Below are positions 19,250 to 27,914 of a stretch of DNA of 64,000 nt, in pieces (the first letter of the stretch is position 1; each line of letters starts with the position of its first letter). The DNA comes from a virus (taxonomy: Duplodnaviria; Caudoviricetes). A program made the translations under genes and the position numbers. The stretch covers positions 7,366-71,365 of IMG/VR virus record IMGVR_UViG_3300025600_000019. One strand, 5' to 3'. The notes below the pieces were generated by a model that did no database searches, was not told the DNA's origin, and worked only from the letters and a program-made list of their open reading frames with translations.

Positions 19250-20507
19250 AATTTAACTCCTTCATTTGTTGTAATGCTAACTGCCATGTAAATAAAGAAT
19301 CTAAACCCCCATAAAGTAGTAGATCCTTTTGTGGTGCTTCATAAATTCTATTTAACCCATTTGCACCTTCTGCTTTCTTTGCTTTCAAATATTGTTCAAT
19401 GTGACTTGAATAATCCAATACACCAAATTGTACAAAGGTTTGAAATTTTAATCCTGTAACACCTTCTCGGTTATCCAACATATGTGCGGCGAGCATACTA
19501 TCCCACACCCAGTTATTAATTGGGATATTCATCAGAATATTAATCCAATTGTCTTCAAATTTTATGTTATGCCCAATTTTTCCGATTTTTTCAGACATTA
19601 ATATTTTTGCCAATAAAGAATATGCTTTCGTACCCTTGGGTGGAGCTAAAAAAGATATTACCTTCCCATCACTAACCGACATTGACCATGAATAAATTTG
19701 ATGCCCTGTAGCATGAGGTTTTAACCCTGTTGCTTCAATATCCATTGCAATCAAAGTTTCATGTTCAAGGATATTTCCTAGAACATTGCAGATTTGTAAA
19801 GTATCAGTTAATACATTAATTCCAGTGGACTCTTTAACATCTGGTTTGTACACATCAACACCAAGTAAATTAATTGCCTTCATTAAATCTAGATCAAACA
19901 ATTTTTCAATAATTTGGTTTCCACCATTCTCATTCATATACAGCACATAAGACGGATGAAACATTGGGACAACCCAGGCATTTACATCTCTATCAGGAAT
20001 TGTCCAGCCTCTCCATTTGGTGACAATTCCCCCAGAACTTTTGGAACCTTCTTTGGCTTGATTCCCCAATGAATGTTTCCACCGATGATTGAGAAAACTT
20101 TTTATTGCTGCTTCCCCCATTAACAATATTAAATGTGGTTTAAAGCGTTCTATCTCTTTCCAAATACGAGGTCGGCAAGAATCAATCTGTTGTATTGTGG
20201 GCATTTTTCCATTTGGAGTTAAACAGCAGACTGCATTGATCTTGCGGCAATCTCTTTCCATGTCAATGCCATATGTTCTCAATTTGCGCCGCAGCAATTG
20301 ACCTGCATTCCCTGTTAGGAGTTCTCCTTGCTTGTCCTCCTCAACTGTTGGGCACTCTCCAATAATTAAAATGCCCTTTTCTCCTTTGCCAGATGCCTCC
20401 ATACGTGGAGACTGACAATGTAAATGAAGTCCACATGCACCACAGCCACTAATACGTTGCATTGGTTGAGATGCTTTTACTTCATCAAGTGAAAAGAAAC
20501 CTTCCAT
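19236..20507 (-). CDS. Family 4 uracil-DNA glycosylase-like domain fused to the 3'-5' exonuclease domain of PolA
   Basis: CGACGLH, ILIIGECP, INAVCC, SCRPRI and MFHPSY (UDG4). Followed by AMDIEATG (ExoI), GHNIKFE (ExoII) and YGGLDS (ExoIII). Confidence 0.88.
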   Translation of the reverse strand: MEGFFSLDEVKASQPMQRISGCGACGLHLHCQSPRMEASGKGEKGILIIGECPTVEEDKQGELLTGNAGQLLRRKLRTYGIDMERDCRKINAVCCLTPNGKMPTIQQIDSCRPRIWKEIERFKPHLILLMGEAAIKSFLNHRWKHSLGNQAKEGSKSSGGIVTKWRGWTIPDRDVNAWVVPMFHPSYVLYMNENGGNQIIEKLFDLDLMKAINLLGVDVYKPDVKESTGINVLTDTLQICNVLGNILEHETLIAMDIEATGLKPHATGHQIYSWSMSVSDGKVISFLAPPKGTKAYSLLAKILMSEKIGKIGHNIKFEDNWINILMNIPINNWVWDSMLAAHMLDNREGVTGLKFQTFVQFGVLDYSSHIEQYLKAKKAEGANGLNRIYEAPQKDLLLYGGLDSLFTWQLALQQMKELNYVKN

Positions 20508-21285
20508 TTAATTCTCCAATGTGTTTTTGTATACGTTCAACAGCCTTGTCAAAATACTCCTGTTCTTTTTCAATGCAAATCCAATTCCTATTTGTATTTT
20601 CGCAGGCAATTGCCGTGGTGCCTGATCCAGCACAATTATCCAATATCATCATACCTTCATTTGTATATGTTTTAATTAGATATTCAAATAAGGCCACTGG
20701 TTTTTGAGTTGGATGAAACGTATTATTTTCTCCTTGAAATTCTAAAATTTGTTTTGGATAATTTGTTGCCTCCTGTAAATATTCCTTGCCTTTTTCATAA
20801 ACAGCGTGGCGTGCCACGCCCAATTTACCACCAACTGAAATGCCATTTTTCCTCTTTTTATTTATTTGTGTGGTGCCTTGTGGGTTGTATCTCATTTTTA
20901 ATTTTGACATGTTATTACATGTTGCATGACTAAAAACGCAAATATCTTCCACACACAACAAGGGCATCAATTTAGCATTCATAAAATTTGATGGCTTTGA
21001 CTTTACCCACAACCACAAATATCGGAATAAATCATATTTACTTGAAATTAATTTACTGGTAAAAGGTTGACTTGCCGACAAAACAATTGAAGCATCATCT
21101 TTAATGCACCTCTCATATTGTTCCCACAAAGGTTCAAATGGAATAATTGTGTCCCACTTACAGGCTGTAGTGCCATACGGCAGGTCACACAAAATCATAT
21201 CAATCGAATTGTCTGGAATTTCTTTCATAACTTCCAGACAATCTCCAAGATAAAATTTACCATGTTTAAACCGTGTACCCTCCAT
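20485..21285 (-). CDS. Beta-class N6-adenine/N4-cytosine DNA methyltransferase
   Basis: GDCLEVM, DMILCDLPYG (motif IV), HPTQKPVAL and ILDNCAGSGTT (motif I). Confidence 0.93.
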   Translation of the reverse strand: MEGTRFKHGKFYLGDCLEVMKEIPDNSIDMILCDLPYGTTACKWDTIIPFEPLWEQYERCIKDDASIVLSASQPFTSKLISSKYDLFRYLWLWVKSKPSNFMNAKLMPLLCVEDICVFSHATCNNMSKLKMRYNPQGTTQINKKRKNGISVGGKLGVARHAVYEKGKEYLQEATNYPKQILEFQGENNTFHPTQKPVALFEYLIKTYTNEGMMILDNCAGSGTTAIACENTNRNWICIEKEQEYFDKAVERIQKHIGELNGRFLFT

Positions 21286-21469
21286 TATTTAATCCTCAGG
21301 AACTTCTTTAAATTTTGGGTATCTGTCTGCCGGTGTATCTTCTTTGAAACACGTTTTACAAGGCTCTTCATGGAGTTTCTTGTGCTCCACTTGTTCATAG
21401 TGACACCAGAAGCAGTTCCTTTTGTTTGACATAGTTATTGGATGGATTTCGTCAGTCATTGTGTGCTCC

Positions 21470-22588
21470 TTAAAAAGGGATATCCTCGTCATCGAATGGT
21501 GGTTCATCTTCAAATGAAGATGCTGGTTCAGGTTCTTTTTCTCTTGTTGTTTTCTTTTCTGGAGTATGTCCTTTCGTTGTTCGCATGACATGAACAAAAC
21601 TCGGTCCTTCAAAACGCAGAATATCATTACTGATAATTACTTCATTAGAAAATTTTAGAATGTCTTGCATGAAGTCTGGATTTGTTTCAAACTCGATTGT
21701 GGGACCTTTGTATCTGATTCTTGAAGGAGCTTCAAACCACCCTTCACTCCCAACTCCACGAACAGTTATCTTCCCAGATTCAAGTGTCACATGCACCTGA
21801 TTGTCAGAAACAACCTTATTACCATCTTTTGTGAATATGCTGGCACAGTTTAATGTTTCAGACAAATTCTCCGGCAAGATCACCTTCTCCCCATTGATTG
21901 AATCAATAATTTTTAATATTTGTTCTTTAGGGTATGCCCCTTCAAACGTGCGGCAAGAGTAGATCACGTTTTCCTTGTTCTTGAAATGAACCCAACCAGG
22001 TGTTGTGGAATACGACGTTGGAGCATAGTCTTTCAGATTTCTAACTTCATTTGCTGGGATGTTCATTTTGAGTAAATCAGCATCATCAAAAGTATACTTG
22101 GTGACTCTGTAATCATCACAAGCAAATATATCCTTATCTGAAATGTGTACGCAGGTCAACATTGGTTTTGTGCAATCTTTGCCGACAGAGAAGATGCAAA
22201 ATTTTATTGCATTACAAAATGCTTCTGGTAGATCATGCCATTTCTTTGCTTTACCCAGAACTTCCACGATTTCATTAATGTTAGTTTTTAATGTGAATTT
22301 AATGCCGGCTTTGTCCTTTGCTCCAGCAACAGCCATTTCCGTATTAGTTGTCGTAATTTCAAGTTCAGCATCTTTTAACGATTCAAGCAATTTCAACAGT
22401 TTTTTTGCAATGACAGCACCTTCCAATTCAAAGTCAATTGGATGGGAGATCGCAATTTCATCGTTGTAGGTAATAATCTGATTCCCTGCAAAGATGAATG
22501 ATGTTGACTGCTCCACGTTCTCTTTTGAAGCCAGCCCTGGTTGCATAGCATTCAAAATTTTAATCAACTTTAATCTGTCAATTTTCAT
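21470..22588 (-). CDS. Sliding clamp (DnaN beta-clamp-like) with acidic C-terminal extension
   Basis: Clamp-like size and pattern (FIFAGNQIITYNDEIAI, LTCVHI..ACDDYRV, FETNPDFMQDIL). Lies near the clamp loader and polymerase. Confidence 0.75.
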   Translation of the reverse strand: MKIDRLKLIKILNAMQPGLASKENVEQSTSFIFAGNQIITYNDEIAISHPIDFELEGAVIAKKLLKLLESLKDAELEITTTNTEMAVAGAKDKAGIKFTLKTNINEIVEVLGKAKKWHDLPEAFCNAIKFCIFSVGKDCTKPMLTCVHISDKDIFACDDYRVTKYTFDDADLLKMNIPANEVRNLKDYAPTSYSTTPGWVHFKNKENVIYSCRTFEGAYPKEQILKIIDSINGEKVILPENLSETLNCASIFTKDGNKVVSDNQVHVTLESGKITVRGVGSEGWFEAPSRIRYKGPTIEFETNPDFMQDILKFSNEVIISNDILRFEGPSFVHVMRTTKGHTPEKKTTREKEPEPASSFEDEPPFDDEDIPF

Positions 22589-22976
22589 AAGCTTTCCTTT
22601 CTATAGAGCAATTTTGGCACCATAGTTCTGTACCACAATCGAAAGGATACAAAGAACCATTTTCATAATAATAAGGGCATTTATTTATACCAGTTTCATA
22701 ATCACAAGCACTTTTCATCCCGATACCTCCAAAATTAACCTCATAGCTTTTGAATTTAAATCTTCCGCTTTTCGTTCGAAATGATAAATTTTGAGCATGA
22801 TTCTTTGTAATTTCTTGGCTTTTTTCTTACCCAATTTTGGATTGCGGAGTTGATGTTCTAAATAAGTTCTCATGTAGTTGACCTCCAAAATATGGGGCAA
22901 CGTAGACACCGATTAGGAATTTTCCAATACGTTGCAATGCCACAACGAATTCCTGTTTGAGGACATTTAATACGTT

Positions 22977-23153
22977 TCATGTTTGCTCCCTTCCGCAAAC
23001 AGTACACCTAAAGAATGTTTTCCCAACATTGCCAGCTTTGTTGTAAACTCTGCGTCCTTTGCCGTACAACTTGTCCTGTTGCTCATGGACACATGTGCAG
23101 GATTTAATGACAACAGTATTGTAAACTCGCTCGGTGGTGACTTCTTTTTCCAT
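22977..23153 (-). CDS. Small zinc-ribbon protein
   Basis: CTCVHEQQDKLYGKG..RCTVCG; AAGGAG RBS. Confidence 0.55.
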   Translation of the reverse strand: MEKEVTTERVYNTVVIKSCTCVHEQQDKLYGKGRRVYNKAGNVGKTFFRCTVCGREQT

Positions 23154-23351
23154 GGTGTTCTCCTTTACCTGGTGAGGTGCTACTTCACACCAATTGCAAA
23201 ATTTTATGAAAAAGTGTTTGCGCTGAACCCCAATTTGGGTAATTCTCAGCACCATCTTCTGTTGTGGAATGTAATGCTTCAAATTCTTTTGCGGTGATTG
23301 TTATGCTTTTGTTATTTTTCGTAATGATGATTTCTTCCATGGTGTTCTCCT

Positions 23352-24302
23352 TTATAAATTAAAACCTTGGTAATTGTTAATGAATCTTTGTGGATGCTGC
23401 TTAAAATATGCGGACAGGTTATTCATGTATTGCACATTTGCTGCCGCTCTTGTGTAGTAATCTGTTTGCAGTGCTTCCGATGTGAATCCTTGCTCTTGAA
23501 AATAAGAAAAAATCCTTTTCCTTAATTGAGGAGCAATATTATTAATGTGCTTTAAATCTCCAATTGCAGAACTTTTTGAGGAAACATCAAATAATAGATG
23601 TGGTTTTTGGAAAGGTTCATTAAAATCTGGAAGAATCACACCACCCATTGCGGCAACTAAAGTCCAACTTGCAGAATCAACAGAATACCATGGGTACCTT
23701 TTCATAAGGAGGTGCGAAGTAACAGCGAAACCATGAAATTTAATTATAGCATCTCCATTTGAATCTGTTACGTAATTCATGCATCTGTCCAGCCAAGAAA
23801 CTTTTTCCTGAGTTGTTCGATCATTAGCAGGAGACAACCCAATATACTGGAAGTCTCTCACCATTCTTTCCAACCATTTAAAATCTTCATTTTGATGGAA
23901 CACATGAATCAATTTAGACAGCGGGATTCCAGCTGTAAAGAGCTTGTGCGCATTTCTCCAGCCAAGTGATGCAGAGCGTTCAATTTCAAGTCCTGAGATA
24001 CGTTTCTGCCCTGGAGAGGCTGGTATTACATCAAGATTAACGATGTAGGAAATTTTATCTTGATACGTCAAACAGAATTGGATGTATTCATCAAAATTGA
24101 TAACAGCTTTTTTTGACCATGCAGAGAAAGCTCCAGAGTCCAAAATCAGATACTCTTTTGGGGGACAATTATCTCCATCCAAATGAGTTTTGCGTACGCT
24201 TTTCGTCATGTCAAAATAGGACAGCAGGCGTCGATCTAAATGTTGAAAAAGGTACTCGTTCCTCAGTTCAGCTTGAGGAGTCCCTGCATGAAAGATAAGC
24301 AT
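23352..24302 (-). CDS. dpdA: DNA 7-deazaguanine transglycosylase (TGT-fold)
   Basis: ILDSGAFS, VNLDVIP, VFHQ, HGFAV and YPWYSVDSASW motifs. Directly downstream of queC-folE-queF. Confidence 0.82.
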   Translation of the reverse strand: MLIFHAGTPQAELRNEYLFQHLDRRLLSYFDMTKSVRKTHLDGDNCPPKEYLILDSGAFSAWSKKAVINFDEYIQFCLTYQDKISYIVNLDVIPASPGQKRISGLEIERSASLGWRNAHKLFTAGIPLSKLIHVFHQNEDFKWLERMVRDFQYIGLSPANDRTTQEKVSWLDRCMNYVTDSNGDAIIKFHGFAVTSHLLMKRYPWYSVDSASWTLVAAMGGVILPDFNEPFQKPHLLFDVSSKSSAIGDLKHINNIAPQLRKRIFSYFQEQGFTSEALQTDYYTRAAANVQYMNNLSAYFKQHPQRFINNYQGFNL

Positions 24303-24304
24303 GA

Positions 24305-24703
24305 TTATTTCCTGTAATATTCCGCAGTAGGATGAAAAGGGATCCCCCCTCTGGGAGTAAATTTACCTACTACTTTAATCCACATTGGATCCAATAATAC
24401 AATTAAATCATTAGCAATGCGGTTGATGCACCCTTCGTGAAATTCCCCATGATTCCTAAAGGACATGAGGTACAATTTTAAAGACTTGCTTTCAACACAA
24501 AAGAGATTCGGTTGGTAATCAATCACAATTGTGGCAAAGTCTGGTTGCCCTGTTTTTGGACAGAGTGACGTAAACTCAGGACAGACGATATGTAGAGTGC
24601 CAACCACTTTTTCAAAAGGTGAAGGAAAGCGTTCCAATAATGATGCATCAGGAAAATTATATTGATAATTTGTGTTACCAGACCCAAGTGCTTTCAATTC
24701 CAT
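24305..24703 (-). CDS. queF: NADPH-dependent preQ0 (nitrile) reductase
   Basis: PEFTSLCPKTGQPDF (catalytic Cys), QueF motif VESKSLKLY, FHEGCINRI and PRGGI. Confidence 0.95.
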   Translation of the reverse strand: MELKALGSGNTNYQYNFPDASLLERFPSPFEKVVGTLHIVCPEFTSLCPKTGQPDFATIVIDYQPNLFCVESKSLKLYLMSFRNHGEFHEGCINRIANDLIVLLDPMWIKVVGKFTPRGGIPFHPTAEYYRK

Positions 24704-24705
24704 AA

Positions 24706-26106
24706 TTATTGTCCTTTAATACTTGCATAAAATTCTGCCCTGGTTTCAGGTTCAGTTTTGAAACATCCACGTAATGCTTTCGTAGTTGTAATTACTCCTG
24801 GTTTACAAATTCCCCTCGATTCCATACAGAAATGTCGTGCTTGAACAACAACACCAACTCCCAGAGGATTCAAATATTTTTGAATGTCATCCGCGATTTG
24901 TCTTGTCATTCGTTCCTGAACCTGTAACCGTTTGGCGTAAGCATCTACAAGCCGACAAAATTTTGACAATCCTGCAATACGTCCACCGGGGATGTAAGAA
25001 ATGGAAATATGCCCAAAAATAGCCGCTAAATGGTGTTCGCAATTATGAACTGCAATTCCATTGGCAAAAAATAATTCTGTCCCTGGGACATTCATGCACC
25101 ATACATCCTCTGTGTAATTTAACTGTTGTACTCCAATTACCGTATGATTTCTTGCTTCCTGAATTCCCTCACTTGTTAATTGGCATCTATTTTTATAAGC
25201 TTCTTTATTTAATTTCAAATTGCACCAATATTTTTTTACCGAGATACTTCTTTTTTCTCGAACTTCTTTTTTCCCTGATGCAATCGCAGCAGCATCTTTT
25301 CTATTTTGATTATTTGCCAATTTTAAAGTTCGTTCATGCGCTGTGTTATGTTGTGAAATTGTCATTGATTGCAAATTTTTGGGAGAATTATCCCACAACT
25401 CCTCATTTTTATGATGAATTGGGTGTTTTCTTCCATCAGTACTATCTATGCTATTTTGAAAAGAATTTACAAAACGATGCTCGGGAACACTTCTACTTTC
25501 TCCATTAATTTTAATTCCATTTTCATGTCTTGAATAACGAGAAGTTATTAAATGAGAGTAATACTTTCCTTTTTCACCACTTGCAGAGGCACTTCGATAT
25601 AAGGAGGCAAGCCTGTCTCCATTTTTAAGATTTTGTGCTTCACACCATTCACCAGAAGTTAATAAAATACGATGATTCGGAGTACATATTAACGTGTCAT
25701 TGTCAGTATGAATGGCAACAAGTTTGGCTTGTTTTTGTGTGATTCTTGGATTTTCACATTTTGCCAACTGGAGTTCCATTGTCTTTGGATTCATCGTATA
25801 AATCCAATCACCATCTTTTAATCTACAAATTGGGATTCTTCCCTTTGGAGTCTCAATAAAAGTAGACCCGATCACACAATGACTATAAAATGGAATAGAA
25901 TCCAGTTGAATCATTTGGTCGTAATCCTCTGCACCATCACCGAAATCTTTGAATATTGTTGATGTATCAACATTATACCCGCTTGTCCACTCACTCCATG
26001 CTTTAAATACTCTTGTTGGTGTTTCACGTAGTCCCTCACGCTCCACATTTTCCCCAATAAATTCCAAAAGTGCTATAATTGCATCTTTCGTAATTACTTC
26101 TTTCAT
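24706..26106 (-). CDS. folE: GTP cyclohydrolase I, intein-interrupted (187-aa extein)
   Basis: REGLRETPTRV, PFYSH|intein|CEHHL, AGLSKFCR, RLQVQERMTRQIA and HFCMESRG. Confidence 0.95.
   Translation of the reverse strand: MKEVITKDAIIALLEFIGENVEREGLRETPTRVFKAWSEWTSGYNVDTSTIFKDFGDGAEDYDQMIQLDSIPFYSHCVIGSTFIETPKGRIPICRLKDGDWIYTMNPKTMELQLAKCENPRITQKQAKLVAIHTDNDTLICTPNHRILLTSGEWCEAQNLKNGDRLASLYRSASASGEKGKYYSHLITSRYSRHENGIKINGESRSVPEHRFVNSFQNSIDSTDGRKHPIHHKNEELWDNSPKNLQSMTISQHNTAHERTLKLANNQNRKDAAAIASGKKEVREKRSISVKKYWCNLKLNKEAYKNRCQLTSEGIQEARNHTVIGVQQLNYTEDVWCMNVPGTELFFANGIAVHNCEHHLAAIFGHISISYIPGGRIAGLSKFCRLVDAYAKRLQVQERMTRQIADDIQKYLNPLGVGVVVQARHFCMESRGICKPGVITTTKALRGCFKTEPETRAEFYASIKGQ
25042..25878 (-). 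mobile_element. Intein (279 aa) with HNH homing endonuclease in folE
   Basis: Starts CVIGSTFIETPKG, block B LICTPNHRIL, HNH EHRFV..IHHKNEELWDNSPKNL..H, ends FANGIAVHN with +1 Cys. Confidence 0.93.
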
Positions 26107-26774
26107 ACCCTCTCCTCATATTCTATAGGATCTGCCAATCCATTTAGTTTAAATGCTTCCAATCTTTCGACGCAGGACCCACATTTACCACAAGATAAAA
26201 CCTGATCCTTATAACATGTCCTTGTGTATCCGTATGGGACCCCTAAATCTGTCCCAATTTTAAGAATGCCTGTTTTATCCGTATTGATAAATGGAGCAAT
26301 AATTTCCACTCTTGAGTCAGTACCCAAGTAAATTGCGGAATCCATAGCCTTGTAAAACTCCCTCCGACAATCTGCGTAAATTGCATGATCTCCCTGATGG
26401 ATTCCAATTGCTATTTTTGTAGCATCAACTGACCACGCATGTCCCGCCAGAATCGAAAGGAATATCATGTTCCTTGCTGGAACAACAGTCCGCTCCATTG
26501 ATGCATCCGAATAATGCCCTTCGGGTATCTCCATGCCGGATTTTAACAGGTCAGATCTAAATGATTTCATAATTGGAGTTATATCAATCATGGTAAGAGG
26601 TACATTGTAGTAAAAAGCGAACTGTGTTGCTGCTTCATGTTCATATTGGTTGTGTTTAGAACCATATTCAAAGGACAAACACTCAACAGCATATCCTTTA
26701 TCTAGTAGGTATGCGACCATGGTACAGGAATCCATACCACCCGAGAGTGAGACGATGACCTTTTCTTTTCTCAT
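26103..26774 (-). CDS. queC: 7-cyano-7-deazaguanine synthase
   Basis: SLSGGMDS, FEYGSKH, TVVPARNMIF, IYADCR and TRTCY..CGKCGSCVERLEAF. Confidence 0.96.
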   Translation of the reverse strand: MRKEKVIVSLSGGMDSCTMVAYLLDKGYAVECLSFEYGSKHNQYEHEAATQFAFYYNVPLTMIDITPIMKSFRSDLLKSGMEIPEGHYSDASMERTVVPARNMIFLSILAGHAWSVDATKIAIGIHQGDHAIYADCRREFYKAMDSAIYLGTDSRVEIIAPFINTDKTGILKIGTDLGVPYGYTRTCYKDQVLSCGKCGSCVERLEAFKLNGLADPIEYEERV

Positions 26775-26840
26775 AAGTATTCTCCAGAAAAAGAAGGAGC
26801 TAGTTAAAGCTCCTTCTCTCATAATTAATGTGTGTGGGTG

Positions 26841-27446
26841 TTATTTAGGAAATGAATAGATACCTTTATCGGATACAACAGCAACAAGAGGTTTAAATGG
26901 AGAGTATTTGACATTCTTTACATCAGACAACATTGTGGTGATAGTTGCTGTACTTTTCCCTGGGAATGTTGATACAAGCTGCTCAAAAATTTCTTTTTTG
27001 GTGCAGCCCCCTTTTGCAATCAATTGTTTAAAAAGTTCATTGCATTTTTCAGTTGCAGGATTTTTCTCTCCAACTTTTCTTGCAGGTTTTGGAGTTTCAA
27101 CTTCTTTTTTGGGGGCTTCCTCAGTTTTCGCAATTGGGTCCTTCTGAGATGCTTTCGATTTTGACCCTACCAATTTAACAGGTTTTTCTTCTTTCGGTTC
27201 AGAAGGTTCTGGAGTAGGTGCAAGTTCTCCTAGATGTTTAAGCATTTCCTCATTTGCAAGGAAATTCCAAGTTGTTGCAGAAAACAGTTTCTTGTCAGCG
27301 GAGACCATTTCAGTTGCATTCAGTTTCAGTTCAGCACGGAGAGTGCCTTTGGTGACTTCCTCTGTTTCAATCGCAGGTTTGAGGCCAAGTTTTTCATTCA
27401 TCTCAACAGCAACGGCAACAATTTCAGCTAGTGTGGATTTTTTCAT
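26841..27446 (-). CDS. Hypothetical protein with Lys/Glu/Pro linker and C-terminal wHTH-like domain
   Basis: AAAGGAG RBS before MKKSTL. C-terminal CTKKEIFEQL..ATITTMLS resembles an HTH. Confidence 0.55.
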   Translation of the reverse strand: MKKSTLAEIVAVAVEMNEKLGLKPAIETEEVTKGTLRAELKLNATEMVSADKKLFSATTWNFLANEEMLKHLGELAPTPEPSEPKEEKPVKLVGSKSKASQKDPIAKTEEAPKKEVETPKPARKVGEKNPATEKCNELFKQLIAKGGCTKKEIFEQLVSTFPGKSTATITTMLSDVKNVKYSPFKPLVAVVSDKGIYSFPK

Positions 27447-27472
27447 GGTGATTCTCCTTTGTGTGGTTTTGT

Positions 27473-27595
27473 TTACTCTTGTGGAAAGAGTTCTGCCCAA
27501 CGTGGGCAATCAGTGCATCGGTGTGATTGACGTTTCTTTTGCAATAAATGACATTGTTCGGAAGTGCAATACGTTTTTTTGATTGTTGTTTTCAT
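27473..27595 (-). CDS. 40-aa Cys-rich peptide (not in the ORF track)
   Basis: AAAGGAG RBS; translates to MKTTIKKTYCTSEQCHLLQKKRQSHRCTDCPRWAELFPQE*. Confidence 0.55.
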   Translation of the reverse strand: MKTTIKKTYCTSEQCHLLQKKRQSHRCTDCPRWAELFPQE

Positions 27596-27666
27596 GATGT
27601 AAACTCCTTTGTGGAGGGAAAGTTGGGAACGCCTTGGTACATGAAAATCAAGGCGTTTAAATTAAC

Positions 27667-27821
27667 AATGTGAGTGCTTTGGACTGCTCTCCTTATAGAT
27701 AATTCCTTTGCGTTCGCGAGGCTTCACATCTCGGTCACATTGCCAAACTTAATTAATGCAAGGGAGCATATCCAAAGGGAATGACGAATTGAGTTGGGCT
27801 TTGCATCCAACCCCTCACATT
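27667..27821 (-). ncRNA. Candidate 155-nt structured RNA / leader, family unknown
   Basis: Manually found nested helices in an ORF-free stretch downstream of a strong promoter. Confidence 0.45.
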
Positions 27822-27867
27822 AAAACTATTCAACTTTTAAAGAACTATTAACTTCTTTCTTATCTAT

Positions 27868-27896
27868 AATATAGCAGTTGTTGGTGCAGGTGTCAA
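27868..27896 (-). promoter_or_regulatory. Strong sigma70 promoter TTGACA-17-TATATT
   Basis: Perfect -35 and exact 17-nt spacer. Upstream of the queC-folE-queF-dpdA unit. Confidence 0.75.
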
Positions 27897-27914
27897 CTAT
27901 TTTATTGGTAAAAA

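Noticed and set aside
27675-27700. Resemblance of AAGGAGAGCAGUCCAAAGCA to the 3' side of the SRP RNA S-domain, and of GGAUGCAAAGCC (about 27797-27808) to the c-di-GMP-I motif
   Set aside because: The required partner elements (CAGGUCC-GNRA apical loop; GAAA-capped P2) are absent, so these are treated as chance similarity.
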